A program made the translations under genes and the position numbers. From Bacillota bacterium (lineage in GTDB: Bacteria > Bacillota > Clostridia > Christensenellales > CAG-138), in the NCBI GenBank assembly GCA_023396535.1, contig JAEWWD010000090.1:1-38575 (forward strand): DNA of 38,575 bases, in the 5' to 3' direction. Below, piece after piece: positions 1-7,834 of this stretch; the first letter of the stretch is position 1, and every line of letters begins with the position of its first letter. The notes beneath the pieces were generated by a model, which was given only the letters and a program-made list of their open reading frames with translations, did no database searches and was not told the DNA's origin.

Positions 1-27
1 TGGGTTCAAGTCCCATCTACCGCACCA
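1..27 (+). tRNA. 3' end of a tRNA gene (T-arm, acceptor 3' strand, encoded CCA). The 5' part lies outside the window.
   Basis: The sequence tGGGTTCAAGTCCCATctaccgcACCA has a canonical GGTTCAAGTCC T-stem/loop, a 7-nt acceptor strand, discriminator A and an encoded CCA. A hairpin plus T-tract follows at 57-82. The isotype cannot be assigned without the anticodon. Confidence 0.8.
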
Positions 28-204
28 AATAGAGACGTAGGTCTTGATACAATGAGAAAGCCCAGTTATTCTGGGCTTTTTTGTTGTTTTGGATAAAAAG
101 CTGATGGCGTTGGAGAGGCGATTTCCAGATTCGCACATACCATCGTCGAAAGGTTTGCACATCTCTGCCGATTTTTGCAATCTTTCGTCAAAAGGTGCAC
201 ACAC
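28..204 (+). repeat. Intergenic repeat family 1, copy A (directly abuts the tRNA 3' end)
   Basis: Copy A shares ordered blocks with copies at 1901-2143 and 7835-8038. The blocks are GTCTTGATACAATGA-AAAG, a hairpin, GCACA-N4-ATCGTNNAAAGGTNTGCAC, GCCGATTTT and CTTTCGTCAAAAGGTGC. Confidence 0.75.
57..82 (+). terminator. Rho-independent terminator downstream of the tRNA
   Basis: Stem aaagcccag (57-65) pairs with ctgggcttt (71-79), with loop ttatt. The T run extends to 82. Confidence 0.7.
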
Positions 205-396
205 ACTCCTTGCGGTTATCAAGGATTACATGATGTTTCATTATATGGGGAATACGTGCTCTGCATATCGCTTGTACGTGAACGATCTTATTCGAAACCC
301 CTTCGCGCAAAATATGTCTACTTTTATCGGCGTTTTTAATGTACACTTATAATAATGGATATAAGAGAATGTATTTGAACGAAGGGAAGTATCGCT

Positions 397-1557
397 ATGA
401 ATAGCTATGAGCGGGTACAGGCAACGCTTGCCCATAAGGAACCGGATCGTATTCCATTTGATCTTGGATCGACGCTGCAAACGGGCATGAATATCAAGAC
501 CTATCGCCGCTTGCGGGAATATCTTGGCATGCCGGCCGTGCGGGATAATATCATAAACACGGATCAACAGCTTGCGCAAATCGATGATGATATGATTGAC
601 AGGCTCAAGGTGGACGTGCGGGCGATCGAACCCAAGCCGCCACTCAATCGCGGCTGTAGCACGGACGTCTCTCGGGATGGCGAGAGCTATCGCTTTCGGG
701 ACGAATGGGGTATCGATTGGAGAATGCCTATCGTAGGCGGGCATTATTATAATCTGGAGAACTCCCCGCTTGATGAAGCGGAAACACTCGAGGATATGTC
801 TGGATACCGGTGGCCAGATGCGGTGGACCCGGGCCGATTCGCCACCATGCAAGAGCAGGCGGAGCGGTATTTGAAGATAGAAAAACGGGCATGTGTGTTG
901 GGCCGTCTGGGCGCGGGCGTGCTGGAAATAGCGCTTTGGCTAAACGGATACGAAAAGTTCTTTTGCGATATGCTGAGCAATGAAAGGTATGCGCAGGACA
1001 TATTGGAAAAGATAACGGATCTGAAGCTCCAATATTGGGGAAAAACGCTGGATGCGGCGGGCGAAAATGTAATGATCGCGATGGAGGGCGACGATCTCGG
1101 TACACAAAGCAGTCTATTGATCTCGTCAGAGCTCTATAATCGCATGGTACGTCCCTGCCATAAGAGAATCTTCGATTTTATTCATTCTCGGGCGAAAGCG
1201 CCGGTTTCTGTTTTCTTTCATTCCTGTGGTGCTGTCAAATCCCTTATTCCCGGCTTTATCGAGGATGGCGTGGATATTTTGAACCCTGTGCAGATCAACG
1301 CGCAAGGTATGGATCCCATTGCACTGAAAAAGGAATTTGGGCGGGATGTGACGTTTTGGGGCGGCGGCATAGACACCCAGATTATACTGCCAAACGCTTC
1401 GCCGGAGAAAATCCGCGACGAGGTCAGGCGTACAATTGAAATACTGGCGCCGGGTGGCGGTTTTGTGTTTACACCGGTACATAATGTGCAGAGCGATGTA
1501 CCTGTGAAAAACTATATGGCGATGTGGGAAGCGTTGCAGGAATATGGAGCATATTAA
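397..1557 (+). CDS. Uroporphyrinogen decarboxylase (URO-D) family protein, MtaA/CmuA-like methyltransferase type
   Basis: 386-aa ORF. The N-terminus MNSYERVQATLAHKEPDRIPFDLG is typical of URO-D/MtaA-like proteins. Length and the C-terminal GGGFVFTPVHNVQSDVP motif fit the family TIM-barrel. A GAAGGGAAG RBS lies upstream of the ATG. Confidence 0.7.
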   Translation: MNSYERVQATLAHKEPDRIPFDLGSTLQTGMNIKTYRRLREYLGMPAVRDNIINTDQQLAQIDDDMIDRLKVDVRAIEPKPPLNRGCSTDVSRDGESYRFRDEWGIDWRMPIVGGHYYNLENSPLDEAETLEDMSGYRWPDAVDPGRFATMQEQAERYLKIEKRACVLGRLGAGVLEIALWLNGYEKFFCDMLSNERYAQDILEKITDLKLQYWGKTLDAAGENVMIAMEGDDLGTQSSLLISSELYNRMVRPCHKRIFDFIHSRAKAPVSVFFHSCGAVKSLIPGFIEDGVDILNPVQINAQGMDPIALKKEFGRDVTFWGGGIDTQIILPNASPEKIRDEVRRTIEILAPGGGFVFTPVHNVQSDVPVKNYMAMWEALQEYGAY

Positions 1558-1900
1558 TTCATGACTATTCGGAACGTTGGGATTATTAATATTTGCTCGG
1601 GCTTGGCGGCTTGTAATTAGTGCTATCCCTTGGCTCGAGCAAGCTGGAGAATCGACGCCATCAGGAATGCCCCTGAGCCTGCACGCTCAATATCCCTGTG
1701 CAAGTTTGACAACTAACACAGGGAATAGAAACTATAGAGTCCGGATATGTGTTATACGGACGGGTTCGGCTATTCGGGAATTCGTCAACAAAGAAAATCT
1801 CAAGGCCAAAGAAGTCTTGAGGAGCTTGAGATTATCATAAGATAACCATCGACCCCTAAAGACGGAATTGATGTGTTGGAGATGGAGGGGCTCATACTAT

Positions 1901-2143
1901 ACCTACGTCGAAAGGTATGCATATCTCTATAAGTAGGTAGGCATCGTCAAATTGTACAAAATCTACGCCATTAGCCAAAAAAGACGCAAGTCTTGATTCA
2001 ATGAAAAAGTCCAGAGATTTTGGGCTTTTTCGATATTTTGGGAGAAATGGGGTAGCTTTTATCCGGCATTTTCCGCTTTGCACACGACATCGTCAAAAGT
2101 ATGCACACCCCCGCCGATTTTGGACCTTTCGTCAAAAGGTTCC
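1901..2143 (+). repeat. Intergenic repeat family 1, copy B (a partial unit tail at 1901-1960 followed by a full unit)
   Basis: 1961-1980 (ATCTACGCCATTAGCCAAAA) aligns with the tRNA end and spacer of copy A. 1983-2143 carries the same ordered blocks as copies A and C, including a wobble-containing hairpin (aaagtccag/ttgggcttt) and TTTTGGGAGAAATGGGGT. Confidence 0.7.
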
Positions 2144-2387
2144 CCAATATTTCTGCACGTCTTGAAACTGTATATCTATACTTGTTTGATAGTAGTGCCT
2201 TGATAGCGCTTTGCTCTACACATTGTAGAAGTAGAAGTGTATCACTCAATATTTGGCCTCATTCTGAACAGACGCCTGTGCTAGAGATAGCCCGAGTATG
2301 AGCAATTTTCCATTTCAAGATGAGGGCCTCCCTCCTCCGAGTCCCCAAGACTATTCTGTCATTCTCACAAGAATCGATATCTTAATG

Positions 2388-2417
2388 TTGACGATTATTT
2401 TAGTGGTAAGGTATACT
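2388..2417 (+). promoter_or_regulatory. Sigma-A-type promoter candidate for the signalling cassette
   Basis: TTGACG (2388-2393), an 18-nt spacer, then TATACT (2412-2417), about 110 nt upstream of the CDS in an AT-rich gap. It is flanked by three ATCGAT-centred palindromes. Confidence 0.4.
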
Positions 2418-2527
2418 AGATAAGTTATATAATATCGATTCGTTTAAAGTTTCTTCGCTATATATCGATATTGGTATAGTATTAGAAGAGTCTGTTCTAC
2501 CCAGGATTTATGAGGGGAAGTCTTGAA

Positions 2528-3799
2528 ATGGGCTATGATTTTAAATCTATCGGGGAAGTATTATTATACATAAAAAATCAAGATATCACAAATATTGATG
2601 AGCGGGCCGAGATTATTCAAGATTTTGTTGATAGTGAGAACAGAAAAAACGGTAATGCCCATGATCGATATCTGGAAAACGGTCCATCAACCCTTATGAA
2701 TGTTATTACAAAACATTCCGGCCAGAAAAAAGAGTGCATTTTATGGTGCGTCAATCATTATCTGAGCTTAAACAGAAATCCGAAGGTTATTGAAAAAGCT
2801 TGTTCTGCGCTGCACCAATATGGTACAGGATGTGGGACGTCCGCTGTATCCTGCGGAATGAGCTCTTTACATGGACAAATAGAAAAAAGAATTGCCGAAC
2901 TCATCGGTAAAGAAGATGCTGTTGTTTTCCCAACGGGATTTACAACAAATCTTGGTTCGATTTCTTTTATCGCCGGTAATAAGGATATGATCATTTTTGA
3001 CAGGGAATGTCATTCATCTATAATTAACGGGATCAAATTGTCTGGAGCAAAATGGATTTCATTCAAGCATAACAATGTACTTGATTTAGAACAAAAGCTA
3101 AAAAGATTCGAAAGTTCCTTTGAAAATATCTTTATTGTTGTTGAATCAGCCTATTCAATGAGCGGGGATCTATGCCCGATCAAAGAAATTACAGGTTTGA
3201 AGAAATCGCATACTTTCTATACATATGTAGACGAAGCACATAGCTTTGGGATCTACGGGGACAGAGGACAAGGATATTGCTATGAGCAGGGCGTCACCGA
3301 TGAAGTGGACTTTATTATTTCAACATTATCCAAAGCGACAGCGTCCATAGGCGGGTTCTTTGCGGCGAAACAAAAATATTGTTCCTTGATGAGATGGACA
3401 GATGCATACATGTTTCAGGCATGCTTGACACCGGCGGATGCGGCTGTCGTACTTGCCTGTCTTGACGAAATAGAACTAAACCCCAACATGATTCAAGAGC
3501 TTCACGCCAAAAACCGTTATATGCGTAATTTACTTTTATCAAAAGGCTTTAATCTTGGAAACAGCAAAAGTCCGATAATTCCGATCATGATCGACGACCA
3601 TAACAAATTAAGAATCGTTGTTGATGAACTCTACCAGGAAGGTATTTATTCAACACCGATTGTTTATCCTGCGGTTAAAGTTAACGAAGGTAGAATACGG
3701 CTTATTTTGAATTGTTCACATACCAAGGAGCAGATCGACTACACGGTTGAAACGCTGGAAAAGATATGTAAAGAATACCAGATAATTGACAGGGGTTAA
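2528..3799 (+). CDS. PLP-dependent alpha-oxoamine synthase family enzyme (BioF/Kbl/SPT/CqsA superfamily). Context suggests a CqsA/LqsA-like signal synthase.
   Basis: Family motifs are all present: NHYLSL, GTGCGTS, FPTGFTTNLG, DRECHSSIING, VDEAHSFG and the PLP-lysine motif STLSKA (Lys codon 3332-3334). I prefer the start at 2528 because a GAGGGGAAG RBS lies 7 nt upstream. The ORF-track ATG at 2510 is the alternative. Confidence 0.8.
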   Translation: MGYDFKSIGEVLLYIKNQDITNIDERAEIIQDFVDSENRKNGNAHDRYLENGPSTLMNVITKHSGQKKECILWCVNHYLSLNRNPKVIEKACSALHQYGTGCGTSAVSCGMSSLHGQIEKRIAELIGKEDAVVFPTGFTTNLGSISFIAGNKDMIIFDRECHSSIINGIKLSGAKWISFKHNNVLDLEQKLKRFESSFENIFIVVESAYSMSGDLCPIKEITGLKKSHTFYTYVDEAHSFGIYGDRGQGYCYEQGVTDEVDFIISTLSKATASIGGFFAAKQKYCSLMRWTDAYMFQACLTPADAAVVLACLDEIELNPNMIQELHAKNRYMRNLLLSKGFNLGNSKSPIIPIMIDDHNKLRIVVDELYQEGIYSTPIVYPAVKVNEGRIRLILNCSHTKEQIDYTVETLEKICKEYQIIDRG

Positions 3800-3801
3800 A
3801 G

Positions 3802-6666
3802 ATGCGGCTACATCCGTTGAGCCTAAGTTTCGAGGATTGCGCATTAGAAAACGAATTCAAGGCTTACTACGACTACGAAAACAGGATTTTTAATCGAATC
3901 GGAATCGGGCTTTCCTTTATGGGATGGTTCGTTCTTAATATCTATTTCTATTTTTTCTACCCTCAAGATTTTCTGCACCTGACGCTGGTCATCGATGTCT
4001 TACTGTATCCGGTTTTCTTCGTTATATTTCTGATAACAGCCTTTCCGGGCAAAATAAAATACTACCAGCCTTTAACTTCACTCGCCAACTGCCTTGCCGG
4101 GCTAATGTTTATATATGTGGCTTATTACAAGCTGAGTATCGATGTTCTATCTATCTGCGGTATCATGGCGGTAATTTTATTCGCCTTTTTCATTTTGCGG
4201 CTCAGGTTTAAAATTGCGCTGCTTACTACTCTTATCTATGTTATCGCCTATCAGGCTGCGATACTGCTGCTGCCGGTCCATGAAAACAGCAATAGGACCC
4301 TGCTCTCCGTTATCGTATGGGTTATTGAAACCGTTTGCATTGTGGGCGGATACAGTATGGAACGAAGTAACCGTAAAATGTTCTGCCAAACTAAGGAGAT
4401 TATTCATCAGCAGCAAGTGGCTGAGGCGGCGACACGGGCTAAAAGCGAGTTTTTGGCGAACATGAGCCATGAAAGCAGAACACCCTTAAATGCGATTATC
4501 GGGATGACCTATCTGGTGCAGAGAACCGATTTGAGCACGCAGCAAAAGGATTATGTGGCGAAAATCCAATCCTCCGCGCAGACGCTTCTAGGAGTTATCA
4601 ATGATATTCTGGATTTTTCCAAAGTGGAAGCCGGCAAAATGGATATTGAGACGGTTGAGTTCGATTTAGACGAAATACTGACCAACCTGGCCAACCTGTT
4701 TAATTTGAATGCCCAGAAGAAAGGCATCGAGCTGCTTTTTCAATATACGGCGGATGTACCGCAGAATTTAAAGGGCGATCCGCTTCGGATTGGACAAATT
4801 TTGACAAACCTGATCAGTAATGCGATCAAGTTCACCGATCAGGGTGAAATTACCGTTAAAATTGAGCCTTTGCTAAAGAACATGGATGAAGTCACCTTGC
4901 AATTTTCGGTCAGCGATACCGGCATTGGCATTTCCAAAGAGCAGCAAAACAAGCTGTTTCAGCCTTTCAGCCAGGTGGACGCTTCCACGACGCGGAAATA
5001 CGGCGGAACCGGTCTGGGTCTGGTCATTTGCGAACGGCTGGTCAATCTGATGGGCGGTAAGATCGGGTTTGTGAGTGAGCCGGATAAAGGCAGCACATTT
5101 TTCTTTACAGTCAAGCTCGGATGCGGTAAGCCCACAAAAAGCGATTTCACCGCCCTGACTCGACCGGACGGTGAAAATATAAGGGTTTTGGTCATTGATG
5201 ACAACCCTGTCGTGGTTGAGATTCTGATACGCATGCTTGAATCTATGCATTTATCAGCCGTGGGGGCCTGTTCCGGGGAGGAGGGACTGGCCGCGCTCAA
5301 GGATCCGACTCATACGATCGATCTGGTGCTCATGGACTGGGAAATGCCCGGTATGGACGGTCTGGAAACAACCCGCCGTATCCTGTCGATGGATGAAATA
5401 AGCTTTATGCCTAAGATCATCATGATTTCGTCCTGTGTTCTGTCTGAAATGGACGAAGAGGCCAGTCTGATCGGGATCAATAGACGTCTGACCAAACCCA
5501 TAATACAATCCCAGCTGCTTGACGCCGTGTTGAATGTATTTGGCGCAGGCAGCGAGAAATCCCTTGCTTGCAGCCGAAATGACCTTGAAGGATTGATTTC
5601 TGATCGGACGACGGATTTCAAGAGGGCAAAAATTCTCTTGGTTGAGGACAACGAAATCAACCAGCAGGTAGCAAAAGAAATGCTGCACCATATGGGGGTA
5701 CAGGTACATATTGCGTCAAATGGATTACAGGCCATAGATATGCTTGGCGGCGCTGAATACGATGTTGTTCTGATGGACGTGCAGATGCCCGTGATGGATG
5801 GCTATGAAGCAACGCGTCAAATTCGGAGCAACGACCGTTGGGCAGACCTGCCGGTGATTGCAATGACCGCCCATGCCAGGCGCGAAGATCGGGAAAAGAG
5901 CCTTCAGGCCGGTATGAACGATCAGGTAAACAAACCGATTAACCCGAACGAACTTTCGGCGGCTCTGGCAAAGTATATCAGGACGAAAAGCTGGGGAAAT
6001 TCCGGCGCCATTAAATCATGCCCTGAGGAAGAGGCAAAAGATCCGCCTTGGCCGAACATGCCAAGTATCAAGTATACTGAAGGACTATCCAGGTTGGGCG
6101 GCAACCAGGAGCTTTATAAGAAGCTGCTCGTCCAATTTCGTACCGGCAATATTGACACGCCGAATAGCATAAAAGCAGCCCTGGCCCAAGGCGATGGCAA
6201 GACGGCAGGCAGGCTGGTTCATACTGTCAAAGGGGTGGCTGCCAATATTGGAGCAAATGAGCTTGCATTTGCCGCTGCCGAGCTGGAGATGGCAATGAGA
6301 AATGGTACTATTGCTGACAGCGATGTTCTTCTGGAAAAATTCATCTCATCCCTTGCGTTAGTAACAGACGAGATAAGAACATTTGAGGATGCGATGGCTA
6401 TCAAACCGGATTTTGAATTGCGCGACACGGCAACAGTATGTGTCAATGTAGATGCTGTACAGCAACACCTGATCAATCTGGCGCGAATGCTGGAGAGCGG
6501 CTCGATAAAATCTGTACAGGAACTAAGTGCTCTGGAAGGTTACTTTAAAGATAGCAGGTTAGAAAAACAGTTTGAACAGATGGAAAAGCAAGTTGATATA
6601 TTCGACATGGACAGCGCTCTGGGAGTACTGAGGGCGATTGCCATAGAACTTGGAATATCTTTATAG
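3802..6666 (+). CDS. Hybrid sensor histidine kinase: 6-TM membrane sensor, HisKA, HATPase, REC, REC, HPt
   Basis: 954 aa, starting 2 nt after the upstream stop. There are six hydrophobic segments in aa 33-186 with very short loops. H-box SHESRTPLN (His223, 4468-4470). N/G boxes NLISNAIKFT, DTGIGI and GGTGLGL. Receiver Asp512 (5335-5337) and Asp659 (5776-5778). HPt motif HTVKGVAANIG (His807, 6220-6222). Confidence 0.9.
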   Translation: MRLHPLSLSFEDCALENEFKAYYDYENRIFNRIGIGLSFMGWFVLNIYFYFFYPQDFLHLTLVIDVLLYPVFFVIFLITAFPGKIKYYQPLTSLANCLAGLMFIYVAYYKLSIDVLSICGIMAVILFAFFILRLRFKIALLTTLIYVIAYQAAILLLPVHENSNRTLLSVIVWVIETVCIVGGYSMERSNRKMFCQTKEIIHQQQVAEAATRAKSEFLANMSHESRTPLNAIIGMTYLVQRTDLSTQQKDYVAKIQSSAQTLLGVINDILDFSKVEAGKMDIETVEFDLDEILTNLANLFNLNAQKKGIELLFQYTADVPQNLKGDPLRIGQILTNLISNAIKFTDQGEITVKIEPLLKNMDEVTLQFSVSDTGIGISKEQQNKLFQPFSQVDASTTRKYGGTGLGLVICERLVNLMGGKIGFVSEPDKGSTFFFTVKLGCGKPTKSDFTALTRPDGENIRVLVIDDNPVVVEILIRMLESMHLSAVGACSGEEGLAALKDPTHTIDLVLMDWEMPGMDGLETTRRILSMDEISFMPKIIMISSCVLSEMDEEASLIGINRRLTKPIIQSQLLDAVLNVFGAGSEKSLACSRNDLEGLISDRTTDFKRAKILLVEDNEINQQVAKEMLHHMGVQVHIASNGLQAIDMLGGAEYDVVLMDVQMPVMDGYEATRQIRSNDRWADLPVIAMTAHARREDREKSLQAGMNDQVNKPINPNELSAALAKYIRTKSWGNSGAIKSCPEEEAKDPPWPNMPSIKYTEGLSRLGGNQELYKKLLVQFRTGNIDTPNSIKAALAQGDGKTAGRLVHTVKGVAANIGANELAFAAAELEMAMRNGTIADSDVLLEKFISSLALVTDEIRTFEDAMAIKPDFELRDTATVCVNVDAVQQHLINLARMLESGSIKSVQELSALEGYFKDSRLEKQFEQMEKQVDIFDMDSALGVLRAIAIELGISL

Positions 6667-6679
6667 TGGGAAATAAAAA

Positions 6680-7762
6680 ATGACTTTATTTGCAGAACAA
6701 AAACGAATACTGGTTATCGATGATACGCCGGAAAATATTCATATCCTGATGGAAATACTAAAGGATCAGTACGATGTCTCAGTAGCGATTAACGGAGAAA
6801 GAGCCCTGAAAATCGCTGCCATGGATATGCCCGTGGATCTGATATTGCTTGATATCATGATGCCCGAAATGGACGGATATGAAGTATTTTCCAAATTAAA
6901 AGCCAATCCGAAAACCGCAAACATCCCTGTGATCTTTGTCACGTCTTTGGCTGCAGTAGAGGATGAAGCCAGAGGCCTGGATATGGGCGCCGTAGATTAT
7001 ATATCCAAACCGTTTAATCCCGCGTTGGTCAGGGCCAGAGTTAAAAATCACCTGGAACTAAAAAATTATAGAGATAAACTGGAATACATGGTGCGGGAAA
7101 AAACAAACGAATTGATGATTACACGCGATGTCACGATTGAAACGCTTGGTTCTTTGGCTGAATTCCGTCATCTCGAAACAGGAAACCATATTAAGCGTAC
7201 TATGAATTATGTCCGTCTTTTGGCCGAAAAGCTCCAAGACCACCCTAATTATAAAGAATTTCTGGATGACGAGACGATAGAACATCTTTGGAAGTCGGCA
7301 CCATTACATGATATAGGCAAAGTGGGCGTGCCGGACAGTATTCTGATGAAGCCGGGCAAGCTGACGCCGGAGGAGTATACTGTCATGCAAAAACATGCCG
7401 TCTACGGCCGGGATGCCCTTGCCGGCGCCGCGTCTAAACTTGGCCCCAATTCATTTCTCAGTATCGCGCAGGAGATGGCATATACACATCATGAAAAATG
7501 GGACGGCACAGGCTATCCGCAAGGCCTTATAAGCACATCAATTCCAGTTTCCGGGCGGCTGATGGCAGTGGCTGACGTCTATGATGCCTTGATTACCCGA
7601 CGCGTCTATAAACCTGCCTTTTCCCAGCACGAAACCGTCGATATCATAGCCAATGACAGCGGCAAAGCATTTGATCCTGATATTATAAGAGTATTTCTTA
7701 AATATGCGGATCGTTTTTATCGTATTGCCCTGGACTTTGCCGATAAAATGGTTGAGAAATAG
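6680..7762 (+). CDS. Response regulator with HD-GYP output domain (RpfG-type c-di-GMP phosphodiesterase family)
   Basis: 360 aa. REC domain (ILVIDDTPEN, LLDIMMPEMDG, FVTS, ISKPF) followed by HD-GYP motifs (HLETGNHIKR, LHDIGKVGVPD, HHEKWDGTGYPQGL). Confidence 0.9.
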   Translation: MTLFAEQKRILVIDDTPENIHILMEILKDQYDVSVAINGERALKIAAMDMPVDLILLDIMMPEMDGYEVFSKLKANPKTANIPVIFVTSLAAVEDEARGLDMGAVDYISKPFNPALVRARVKNHLELKNYRDKLEYMVREKTNELMITRDVTIETLGSLAEFRHLETGNHIKRTMNYVRLLAEKLQDHPNYKEFLDDETIEHLWKSAPLHDIGKVGVPDSILMKPGKLTPEEYTVMQKHAVYGRDALAGAASKLGPNSFLSIAQEMAYTHHEKWDGTGYPQGLISTSIPVSGRLMAVADVYDALITRRVYKPAFSQHETVDIIANDSGKAFDPDIIRVFLKYADRFYRIALDFADKMVEK

Positions 7763-7834
7763 TGCAATTGCAGGAGCGGAACCCGGCCTCCAGGTCCTCG
7801 CCGACCGGTAATTGTATAGCTTATCAGAAAACGC

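Noticed and set aside
89-352. 87-aa ORF inside repeat copy A (and ORFs 2101-2301 and 7993-8268 in copies B and C)
   Set aside because: The three repeat copies are conserved at the nucleotide level, but the ORFs are in different frames and unrelated in peptide sequence, so the conservation is not protein-coding.
241-852. 203-aa minus-strand ORF, plus nested minus-strand ORFs up to 1482
   Set aside because: They overlap the URO-D family gene on the opposite strand and have no RBS or motifs.
1577-1840. 87-aa ORF and the ctcaag/cttgag hairpins (about 1796-1832) downstream of the URO-D gene
   Set aside because: The ORF has no RBS or motifs. The alternative hairpins are short (6-8 bp) and lack a T-tract, which is insufficient to call a terminator or riboswitch.
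2510-3799. Reading the alpha-oxoamine synthase simply as biotin-pathway BioF or as Kbl
   Set aside because: I have not fully excluded this, but I did not adopt it as the primary call. No bio genes or tdh are adjacent. The gene is translationally coupled to a membrane hybrid kinase and sits in an AT-rich islet. It needs phylogeny to settle.
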